Source: Candidatus Hermodarchaeota archaeon
GTDB taxonomy: Archaea > Asgardarchaeota > Heimdallarchaeia > Hodarchaeales > Hodarchaeaceae
Direction of reading: 5' to 3'
NCBI GenBank assembly: GCA_048886185.1
Contig: JBHLKY010000001.1
Location: forward strand, 180,001 to 212,000
DNA length: 32,000 bases
Shown: positions 1 to 9,000 of the stretch, piece by piece
Layout of the letters: each line of letters opens with the position of its first letter
Numbering within the stretch: the first letter of the stretch is position 1
The notes under the pieces: model-generated
The model's database searches: none
Seen by the model: the letters and a program-made list of their open reading frames with translations, nothing else
Told to the model about the DNA's origin: nothing
Translations under genes and position numbers: made by a program

Positions 1-213
1 CGATCCGTCTGGCTTTAATAATCGTACTATTTCAATAATCCATTTTTCAGCCCATTTAAGATAATTTTGAGTGGTAGTGGAATCATCATATATACCATAA
101 TCTTTCTCCAGATTATAAGGAGGATCTGCAAAAGCTAAATCGACTATGCCTGAGGGAAGGTTTTTCATTTCTTCAATGCAATCCCCATTGATAATTCGAT
201 TTTCAAAACTCAT
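1..213 (-). CDS. Beta-class N4-C/N6-A DNA methyltransferase, N-terminal 71 aa; runs off the left edge (not in the ORF track)
   Basis: Manual translation from ATG at 213: MSFENRIINGDCIEEMKNLPSGIVDLAFADPPYNLEKDYGIYDDSTTTQNYLKWAEKWIIEIVRLLKPDGS. It has the GDC motif, the catalytic DPPY (motif IV) near the N-terminus (beta order) and RLLKPDGS. The start overlaps the upstream ORF's stop by 11 nt (ATGAGTTTTGA). Confidence 0.93.
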   Translation of the reverse strand, partial: MSFENRIINGDCIEEMKNLPSGIVDLAFADPPYNLEKDYGIYDDSTTTQNYLKWAEKWIIEIVRLLKPDGS

Positions 214-1123
214 AAGGATTCACTCCATCATAAGGAGCAAGAAGTAGAGTTGATGTAGAGGTGCATGATAAGTCAACTAATCGTTTTAAGACTGAAGAAA
301 GTAGCGGATTTACTGTAATCAGTTGATTAGAAGAAAAATCTGGATGCCAAATGTCTGATAATACCATTCCATTTCTATGTCTAAGGTGTTTTTTTCCGCC
401 ATAATCTTTTAGTGGTTTATTACAAAAGGAGCAAAAACGATATGGTATCCTAACACGATTAATTCTGAATTTTTTAGGAGATTTCACATAATACAAGATA
501 CAATTTGCTTCTGATTTGTATTTTCTTGAAACATCAACATGAGGGATTTCCTCTGAATAAACAATCCAATATTTAAAATAAAGACCTAAATGATTAAGTT
601 TAACACCAAAATAAGGTAAATAACGAGGAATTGAATGGATCAAAACATTTCCATTGGATTTTAGAATCCGTAAAGTCTCCTCTAGGTAGCCATAAACTTC
701 TTTTATAAGTGATGAATTAGAAATGTTATGATATGACGAAGTATCTTGTTTCTCCTTAAATGTAAATTTTGGAAAAAGAATCCACGTATCAACACTTTGA
801 TCCTTAATTTCAGCTAATTTCTTCATTTCAGACGATTGTAATACTATAAAGTTTGATGGAATGATATCCTTAACACTGTCCCTTCTATGTTTACGTGCTA
901 GAAAACGTTCCTTTCCTGCCTCAGGATCCTTAATATTGTAAACTGCCATCAACTCTGATAATTTGAAGAATCCTTTTACCTTTAAGGGATTTTTAAGCTG
1001 TGTTCCATTTTTGTCATACTTTTTTAATAAACCACGTTCTATTTGTAGTCGGATGTTCTCCTCCGCATGATTGGAATAAATCACTGCATCTTTCAATGTT
1101 ATAAAACGATCACGTTTAGGCAT
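203..1123 (-). CDS. HTH-fused, degenerate (likely inactive) beta-class DNA methyltransferase homologue, M.BamHI-like
   Basis: Collinear with beta-class MTases: SVDTWILFPKF (DPPY position), LEETLRILKSNGNVLIHSIP, YFKYWI, ILYYVK, RIPYRFCSFCNKPLKDYGGKKH, LSDIW, LKRLVDLS, LLLAPYDG (DPFxGxG position), then stop. The first ~90 aa resemble an excisionase/MerR-type HTH. Confidence 0.8.
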   Translation of the reverse strand: MPKRDRFITLKDAVIYSNHAEENIRLQIERGLLKKYDKNGTQLKNPLKVKGFFKLSELMAVYNIKDPEAGKERFLARKHRRDSVKDIIPSNFIVLQSSEMKKLAEIKDQSVDTWILFPKFTFKEKQDTSSYHNISNSSLIKEVYGYLEETLRILKSNGNVLIHSIPRYLPYFGVKLNHLGLYFKYWIVYSEEIPHVDVSRKYKSEANCILYYVKSPKKFRINRVRIPYRFCSFCNKPLKDYGGKKHLRHRNGMVLSDIWHPDFSSNQLITVNPLLSSVLKRLVDLSCTSTSTLLLAPYDGVNPYEF

Positions 1124-1238
1124 TCCAATCGAGCTTTTTTGATGATCTAAGAATTATAAGGATTGTGCTTGATATTTTCCCACTGAGAAGTTTTTAACTG
1201 ATTAATTATAGCCTCCTCTTACTTTAGGAGTAACTATT

Positions 1239-2594
1239 ATGGTAAAAACGGAGGTTTTAGTTGTTGGTGGGGGCCCCGCAGGAGTGATTTCAGCCCTAAC
1301 GGCTGCCAAATTAGGCCGAAAAGTGATTTTGATAGATTCTAAATCATATGAAGAAATTGGTAACAAGGTTTGTGGTGATGCGTTAAATCTAGCTCCAGCC
1401 ACATTCTTAGAAGAAAAACTAGGGCTTGAAAAGCCTCATGGTGAAGAGGTTGCCGAAATTGTGGAACATTTAATTTTTATGACTTCCAAAGCTGATTTTC
1501 CAATCCAAGGGGATGGTTATGTATTGAATCGCCATCCATATGGTCAACGGCTCCTAAAGAAAGCTATTGAATATGGTGTTGAAGTTCGTGCAGAAACTAA
1601 AGCAATAAAAGCAATTACTGATGCAGGTTTTGTGAAAGGGGCCGTAGTTCGAGATAAGAGTAAAAAAGAAACATATGAAATTTTTGCAAGCGTAACAATC
1701 GATTGTAGCGGTAGAAACTTCCAAATACGCCGTACTCTCCCAGAAGATGACTTTCCTCTTCTTGAAAAGGAGATGGAGAAACGAGACATCGCTGTTTCTT
1801 ATCGTGAAATTATTAGATTAAAAGAAGAGGATCACCCTTATCAGAATAAGATTTTTTTGATTTATCGTAAGGAAATTCCTGAACCTGGTTATTTCTGGGT
1901 CTTTTCTAAAGGTCCGAAAAGACTCAATGTTGGGATTGGTTGGTTCCTGGAGCCAAGACACAAAGGGATGAAAGATTGCTACCAAGAAGTTTTACATAAA
2001 TATTATTATCCCCCAGGTTCTTATGTTGTAGAAGATAGGGGAGGATACACTATTCCTACTCGTTATCCAATGACAAATGCTGTTGCCTCAGGTTTTTTGA
2101 CCGCAGGTGATGCAGCTTTTCATGTTAATCCATTGTCTGCAGAGGGCCATGGACCAGCACTAACTGCAGGGTATTATGCAGGAAAAGCAGCATCAGAGGC
2201 GATTGAAACGAATGATGTTTCGGAAAAACAGTTATGGAAATATAATATCGATGTCATGAAGCATTTTGGTTTAAGTCATACAAAGACCCAGTTATTTACA
2301 GCCGCTTTACGACGAATCAAGGTTTCTGGAGTAGAATTTCTTCTGCGAAGAAGGATATTAAACAAAGAGCAGTTCATTGAATTGCATGAAGGAAAACAGC
2401 TCAGCTATTTTGATATAGCAAAAATTGCGATTAAATCTTTCCCTCGATATGATATCCTTTTCCAGCTTTCAAAAATCGTCAAGGGAGCACAATTTTTTGA
2501 AAAGTTATTTGCAGAATATCCACATATTCCTGCTGAATACGCAGCTTGGAAGGCTCAATTTGATTCAAAAATGGAACAAATCCGTTCAATTTAG
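1239..2594 (+). CDS. Geranylgeranyl reductase family FAD-dependent oxidoreductase (digeranylgeranylglycerophospholipid reductase-like)
   Basis: VVGGGPAG FAD motif, KVCGDAL, LNRHPYGQRL, IDCSG, PGYFWVF (YxWxF motif), AGDAAFHVNPLSAEG. SD-like AGGAG at 1226-1230. Confidence 0.88.
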   Translation: MVKTEVLVVGGGPAGVISALTAAKLGRKVILIDSKSYEEIGNKVCGDALNLAPATFLEEKLGLEKPHGEEVAEIVEHLIFMTSKADFPIQGDGYVLNRHPYGQRLLKKAIEYGVEVRAETKAIKAITDAGFVKGAVVRDKSKKETYEIFASVTIDCSGRNFQIRRTLPEDDFPLLEKEMEKRDIAVSYREIIRLKEEDHPYQNKIFLIYRKEIPEPGYFWVFSKGPKRLNVGIGWFLEPRHKGMKDCYQEVLHKYYYPPGSYVVEDRGGYTIPTRYPMTNAVASGFLTAGDAAFHVNPLSAEGHGPALTAGYYAGKAASEAIETNDVSEKQLWKYNIDVMKHFGLSHTKTQLFTAALRRIKVSGVEFLLRRRILNKEQFIELHEGKQLSYFDIAKIAIKSFPRYDILFQLSKIVKGAQFFEKLFAEYPHIPAEYAAWKAQFDSKMEQIRSI

Positions 2595-2626
2595 GTTTCA
2601 TAAGTCTTTTTAGAACCCTTAATCTC

Positions 2627-5524
2627 TCAATTTGTGGATTTAATTGAGGGTTCTGTAGGTGCTTTAGTTCCTGTTAAATCAAAAATTTCACGCAAATAAG
2701 TACCCGTTGGACATTCAAAATGAGCGATCTCTTCGGGTGTTCCTGTGGCAAGTACTTCCCCTCCATTGTCCCCACCTTCAGGTCCTAATTCTATAATCCA
2801 ATCTGAAGTTTTTATGACATCTAAATTATGTTCTATAACGACAACTGTATTACCTTCTTCAACTAACCTCTGAAGAACAGCTAACAAATAAGATATATCA
2901 TGGGTTGAAAGACCAGTAGTAGGTTCATCTAAAATATAGAAGGTTTTACCTGTCGATCTCTTAGAAAGTTCTTTGGACAATTTAACCCGTTGAGCTTCTC
3001 CTCCTGATAGTGTTGTTGCAGGTTGACCTAGTTGGATGTAACTTAAGCCAACATCAACGATGGTTTGTAATTTATGCTGTATTTTTGGAATATTAGAAAA
3101 GAAGTCAAGGGATTCCTCCACAGTCATGTTCAAGACATCAGAGATGTTTTTTCCTTTATAACGGATCTCTAGTGTCTCTGTGTTATACCGTTTTCCTTTA
3201 CAATCATCACATATAATCCAAACATCCGGTAGAAATGATAGTTCAATCTTGATCTGTCCTCCACCTCTACATGTCTCACAACGTCCCCCCTTCACATTAA
3301 AGCTAAAACGTCCCTGTTTATATCCTCTTATTTTCGCTTCTTTTGTTTGAGCAAATAACGCGCGTATATTATCCCAAACTCCTGTATAAGTTGCAGGATT
3401 GGATCGTGGTGTCCTTCCGATTGGGCTCTGATCAATGTTGATAACTTTATCGACGAATTCTAATCCTTCGAAACTTTCATGTTTACCAACTTTCTCTCGA
3501 GATCTATGAAGATATTTCATAAGCCCTGGATATAGAGTGTCATTCATCAATGTGGATTTTCCTGATCCAGAGACTCCTGTAATGCAAATAAAGCGGCCTA
3601 AAGGAAAACTGACATCAATATTTTTTAGATTGTTTTCCCCAGCTCTTATAATTTTGATACTTTTACCATTGCCAGTCTTCCTATTCTCTGGGATCTTAAT
3701 CTTTTTTCTCCCAGAGAGGTAGGCTCCTGTTGTGGAAGTAGGACAATTCATAATATCTTTAGGCGTTCCCTGAACAACTAATGTACCTCCATGAATTCCT
3801 GGGCCCGGGCCTAAATCTATAACATGGTCAGCTGCTAAAATCGTTTGGTGATCGTGCTCAACAGCAAGGACAGTATTTCCTATAGCCTGAAGGTTCTTCA
3901 AAGAGTCCAATAACTTTTGTTGATCACGAGTGTGTAATCCGATTGAAGGTTCATCTAAAACATAAGTAACACCTACTAAAGCAGAACCAATTTGAGTGGC
4001 TAAACGAATTCTTTGGGATTCCCCTCCTGAGAGAGTCATCGAAGTTCGGTCTAATGTCAAGTAGGGTAATCCTACTGATATGAGGAAATCTAATCGGGAT
4101 TCAATTTCTCTTAAAATATTAGAAGCAATCTTCGAATGAGTCTTTGAAAGTTGAGAACGGAGTTCTCTTATCCAACTTAGGCAATTTTCAACAGTCATTT
4201 CTGTGATTTCAATGATATTTTTATTCTGAATCGTCACGGCTAGCGATTCTGGTTTTAGACGTTTTCCATTACAGCTGGTACAGAAGTCTTGTCTCATAAA
4301 TCGTTCATAATAAGAACGTGCGGTCTCACTTTTGGTTTCTTTGTATCTTCGCCAGATCGTATTTACTGTACCTTCGTGGCGATGTTGTTTGGACTCCCAA
4401 CGACTTTTTTCTGATTCAAAAACAACATTCATTTTCGTTTTTGAGCCATAGAGTAAACTCTCTATCACTTCAGACGGAAGATCTTTTAAAGGTGTATCAA
4501 CTGAGAAATCGTTCCATGATTTTGCTAGAGAAGTATAATAGGCAAATCGCCATGTGCCAGGTGTCAATGGTTTGTCCATAAATCCTCCCTCACGAAATGA
4601 AAGATTCGGATTAGTTATGATTAAACTCGGGTCAATGTTTAAGGTAGTGCCTAATCCCTGACATTCGGGACATGATCCCCAAGGGGAATTAAAACTGAAA
4701 TTTCTAGGTTTTAACTCTTCGTAGGAAAGCTCACAGTCAGGACATGCATAATTTTCACTGAAGAAAAAATCCTCTCCAACTTCAGAGTTATCAATATTTA
4801 TCCTAGTTATTATCACTACTCCTTCTCCAAGTTCGAGAGCTTGTTCTAATGCTTCAATCAAACGATTACGTATGTTAGGTTTAATAACAAGTCGATCGAT
4901 TATTGTTTCTATGGAGTGAAGCTTGTACCGATCAAGCTGAGGAGGATCAGCTAGATCATATTCAATCCCATCAACCCTTACGCGAACAAAACCCAATTCT
5001 GTAAGACGATCCCACTGGGTGTGATGTGTTCCTTTCTTACCTCGAATAATTGGAGCTAGAATCTTAATACGTGTTCCTTCTTTCCATGTAAGTAAAGTTC
5101 TGACAATAGATTGGGGAGTTTGAATTTTTAATTCTTTATTGCAGGAGATACAGTGAGGAATTCCGATGTTAGCAAATAATAAGCGTAAGTAATCAAAAAT
5201 TTCAGTTTGAGTACCAACTGTTGATCGTGGATTCTTACTAGTTGTTTTTTGTTCGATCGAAACAGCTGGAGACAACCCTTCAATAAGCTCTACGTCTGGT
5301 TTTTGCATTCTTTCAAGAAATTGACGGGCATATGCACTTAATGACTCTACATAGCGACGTTGTCCTTCTGCAAAGATCACATCAAACGCTAAGCTTGATT
5401 TTCCTGAACCACTGACCCCAGTAATTACTACAAATTGATTACGAGGGATGGATACTGTTAAATTCCGAAGGTTGTGGACTTTAGCATTTTGTACATAGAT
5501 TACCTCTTTTTCTTTATTTGACAT
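2627..5524 (-). CDS. uvrA: Excinuclease ABC subunit A
   Basis: NAKVHNLRNL, two GVSGSGKS Walker A motifs, EGQRRYVESLS, LSGGESQRIRLA, LDEPSIGLH, PIGRTPRSNPATY, FSFNVKGGRCETC, LSGGEAQRVKL and CxxC zinc sites. Full length (965 aa). Confidence 0.98.
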   Translation of the reverse strand: MSNKEKEVIYVQNAKVHNLRNLTVSIPRNQFVVITGVSGSGKSSLAFDVIFAEGQRRYVESLSAYARQFLERMQKPDVELIEGLSPAVSIEQKTTSKNPRSTVGTQTEIFDYLRLLFANIGIPHCISCNKELKIQTPQSIVRTLLTWKEGTRIKILAPIIRGKKGTHHTQWDRLTELGFVRVRVDGIEYDLADPPQLDRYKLHSIETIIDRLVIKPNIRNRLIEALEQALELGEGVVIITRINIDNSEVGEDFFFSENYACPDCELSYEELKPRNFSFNSPWGSCPECQGLGTTLNIDPSLIITNPNLSFREGGFMDKPLTPGTWRFAYYTSLAKSWNDFSVDTPLKDLPSEVIESLLYGSKTKMNVVFESEKSRWESKQHRHEGTVNTIWRRYKETKSETARSYYERFMRQDFCTSCNGKRLKPESLAVTIQNKNIIEITEMTVENCLSWIRELRSQLSKTHSKIASNILREIESRLDFLISVGLPYLTLDRTSMTLSGGESQRIRLATQIGSALVGVTYVLDEPSIGLHTRDQQKLLDSLKNLQAIGNTVLAVEHDHQTILAADHVIDLGPGPGIHGGTLVVQGTPKDIMNCPTSTTGAYLSGRKKIKIPENRKTGNGKSIKIIRAGENNLKNIDVSFPLGRFICITGVSGSGKSTLMNDTLYPGLMKYLHRSREKVGKHESFEGLEFVDKVINIDQSPIGRTPRSNPATYTGVWDNIRALFAQTKEAKIRGYKQGRFSFNVKGGRCETCRGGGQIKIELSFLPDVWIICDDCKGKRYNTETLEIRYKGKNISDVLNMTVEESLDFFSNIPKIQHKLQTIVDVGLSYIQLGQPATTLSGGEAQRVKLSKELSKRSTGKTFYILDEPTTGLSTHDISYLLAVLQRLVEEGNTVVVIEHNLDVIKTSDWIIELGPEGGDNGGEVLATGTPEEIAHFECPTGTYLREIFDLTGTKAPTEPSIKSTN

Positions 5525-6032
5525 GACAAGATATTCCTATTTGGGATAAATTTTTAAATTTACAGAAACTGGTAAAGCATTAGAAGAAGTAATATGGGCT
5601 AATCTCGACTATACTAGCCTTTATCGATTTTATTGAAAGAAAGAAGGTCTTCAATTAAATCTTACTTTGATATAAAGGGCATAAGTGTTGATGATTATAA
5701 AACCTAATCACACTAAAATCAAAAAAATATACACATTAAAGAAAGATTAGTTCAATAGTATTTTTCTATTTTCGTTTTAATTCACTATATGTTTTTGTGA
5801 TACATTCTTCTTGGGAAAAGAGTAAATTATTTGTCATAATTGAACAAAAATATGTTTGAAGTTCGTTGGAATCTGATAAAAATTAGATAACTATATTTTA
5901 TATTAGGTTATATTTTGGTTAGCTTTTTATAAGGAGTCACAGGTATTATGATCTAGGCCAAAGGTTTAATTTTTTTAAAATCGTTTAGAATTCATATTAT
6001 TCTTGATGAAAATACAAAATTTGGGATAATAC

Positions 6033-9000
6033 ATGACAAAATTAAAAATAATATTTCTGATATTGAGTTTATTATTGCTTGGAGGATCGACAACATTAAT
6101 AATCACACCTCTCGGATCTACAACTTCCTTTACGCAGATAAATTCAAAAATTCCTCCCCTTAGAGGGGGACACGATATAATCGAAAGTTCGAAAATCCAA
6201 TCTCCAATTTTGTCTCCGTTTCTCTCAATCCAGTTCTTCCCCGAACCTACTTTTGAAGTATTACAGTTTTCTGACCATGAAATGGATCTACGCGGCTATG
6301 GGAACGATACAGTTCGGTTCAATATGCAATTTCGACCGACTTCAGACAGAGCATGGTATTATGGGTACGCTCAATTATGGACCAGTGATACTACTACTCC
6401 AATAAGTCGAGAAGCATATTGGGAAGCTTGGGTCGATCCAAACACAATTACTATTGCCAGTTTTGATATTAGTGGGTACGAAATTCTAGAAAGCGGAGTT
6501 AATGGCCCTTATTCTGTTCGATTACGATTCTATAAAGATAATGGAACTTCTACTTTAATTTATAATAATATATTTGTACATACAACTCAATTCTATTCAT
6601 ACACGGAATTTCAACCGAGACCAACAATCGATAGCTATACATACAGCGCGATTGATACCGACTTTAATGGTTTATATGATTGGATCGAGGTTTACGTCAC
6701 TGTGACGGTTTCAATACCTACTAATTATTATTTCAGTGGAACAATATCGGGTGGTGGAATTTCTGAAGATGCACGAAATAATACTTACGTTTCTGGTACC
6801 CAAATAATCACACTAAGGTTTGCAACCTGGGATTTTCAAAGTATGAGCGGATCAAATACAGTTTCATTAACAAGCTTCTTTATGGAACATGACACTTCCC
6901 CAAGGTATTTCATTTATTCTGGAAATCCGAGTGTTTCTCTTGGATTATACGCCGCGAGTGATTTCGATGAATCCCCTTTTAAACCTACTGGTCGTTTTTG
7001 GGAACGAGGATATGACACAGATGCTGATGGTTTCTATAATTACTATCGTTTCACTATTGAAATAAATAAAACAAGGATTGAGGAAGGTGAATTCCGACTT
7101 TACGCCACTCTCTATCAACCACCAAGCAGTTCAATCACTGGCGTATGGGATAATTACGTTTCTAGCCTTAGTTTGAATACAATAGGACTTGTGAATGCTT
7201 CTTTTGACTTCAACGGAATTGAGATTTATAAGAGTGGGATTGTTGATACTAATTTCCTTGTGAAGAATATTCAAGGATATTATCAACACCGCCCAAATAT
7301 TGGATGGAACTGGGATGATTGGGTCTATTTCTCCAGTGTCGAACTGTACACGGTCACTTACTATAATTACACCGATTTTGAAGGCCCAGGAGCGGCACTA
7401 ACACATAACTTTAACGATTATGGATTTGATACTGATAATGATGGATTGTACAATTATATCATTGTAGAAGTCGAAATCGATGTATTTATCGATGGTGAGT
7501 ATTATCTATCAAGTTGGTTAGATATTAGTTCAACATATCAAGACATTGATTATGCAAGCACAAGTATCTATCTCACTGTTGGAATCCATTGGGTTCAACT
7601 TCAGTATGATGGTATAGAATTTTTCCGTCAAGCAGTTAACGATTATGTGAAATTCGAATATTTGACTCTGCAAGGCGGATCACCTTCAACGGAACTTGAT
7701 TACAACAATACAGCAATTCTGTCTTATTATGTGTTTACCCAATTTGATCCTCCAAAGGCCCGATTTACAGGCATATATAGTGATACCACAGCAGATACCA
7801 ATAGTGATGGAATATGGGATGAATTAAGAATATCTGTAGAAGTCGAAATCAATGAGACTGGAAGATATCAAGTTCATGGAAGCTTAAGAAATCCAATTAC
7901 AGGTGATGGTGTGGGTGTTGATTCAGAAGCAATGGATGTTTTACTAGTTGGAACCGTATCCTTCGTTCTTCCGTTTCCAGGTGATTGGATATGGAGGCAA
8001 CATATCAATACAACTTATCTCCTCGATTATGTTTCGATCAGTGAAGTTGATGACAATGATAATCAGATTTATACGTGGGATTCGAAAGGCACCCCCTTTA
8101 CCACGGATTTTGTTTATAACTCTGCTGAATTCATTGCACCAGTAGCATTCTTCACAGGTAATTTCTATGAGGCCCTTTTTGATTCAGATTTGGACACATT
8201 GAACGATTTTCTCGTCATTGGAGTAGAAGTTGAAGTCTCTCAGACAATTGATTTGTCTATAGAAGGGTATATCGAACTTGAGAACACCATTTGGGCTTAT
8301 ACTTATGCTTACAATCTTAGTCCAGGAACACACTGGATTGAAATAAAATTTGTTTCCTATCAATTGTATAAGACATTTGTGAATCGGATATATAGTATCA
8401 ATTTCTATCTTTATCGAACTGACTTCTGGGATCAATTGGACTACTATCATGATTATGTAACTGATTCTTATGACTATACTGAATTCGATCCTCCACCTGC
8501 TGAGTTCACAGACAACTTCTTTGACTATGGTGTCGATTCTGATGTCCCCGGGAATGGAAAGTTTGACTACGTTGAGCTTGCTTTTGAGGTCATTGTAGTT
8601 GAAACAGGTATGTATCGAATATTTGGAGGTGTTTATGCAGATGAAGGTGGTGAAAGTTATTATTTCTCCACAGACTGGGAGACTTTAACACCTGGTACAC
8701 ATAATATTACAGCAACAATCGAGCCATACTGGTTCCTAGGTCATAGTAGCGGAACCTCAGCTTATGTTAGTTACGTCGACCTTATTGAATACCGTGAAAT
8801 CGATTCTATAGGATATGATCTTAATCTTGACTATAACCGTGAAAATCGTCCACTGACCAATACATATAACCATAATGAGTTCGATCCTCCCCCAATTGCT
8901 TTCACAGACGCTATCTTTGACTATGGTGTTGATTCTGATGTCCCAAGTAATGGGAAGTTTGACGTTCTAGAGTTAGCTATTGAAGTCAATGTAACCGAAG

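Noticed and set aside
203-1123. Degenerate MTase read as a simple frameshifted pseudogene
   Set aside because: No continuation of motif I exists in another frame (the next gene's ATG overlaps the stop), and the frame is open for 306 codons with conserved blocks. Kept as a candidate pseudo-enzyme, although decay is not fully excluded.
2627-5524. uvrA without adjacent uvrB/uvrC
   Set aside because: The protein looks like a normal full-length UvrA, and dispersed uvr genes are common.
5525-6032. 508-bp AT-rich divergent intergenic region with an inverted repeat TAAATTT-TT-AAATTTA (5547-5562) upstream of uvrA
   Set aside because: Such AT-only palindromes are expected by chance at this composition. 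I could not support an ORF, RNA gene or repeat array, and could not place promoters reliably.
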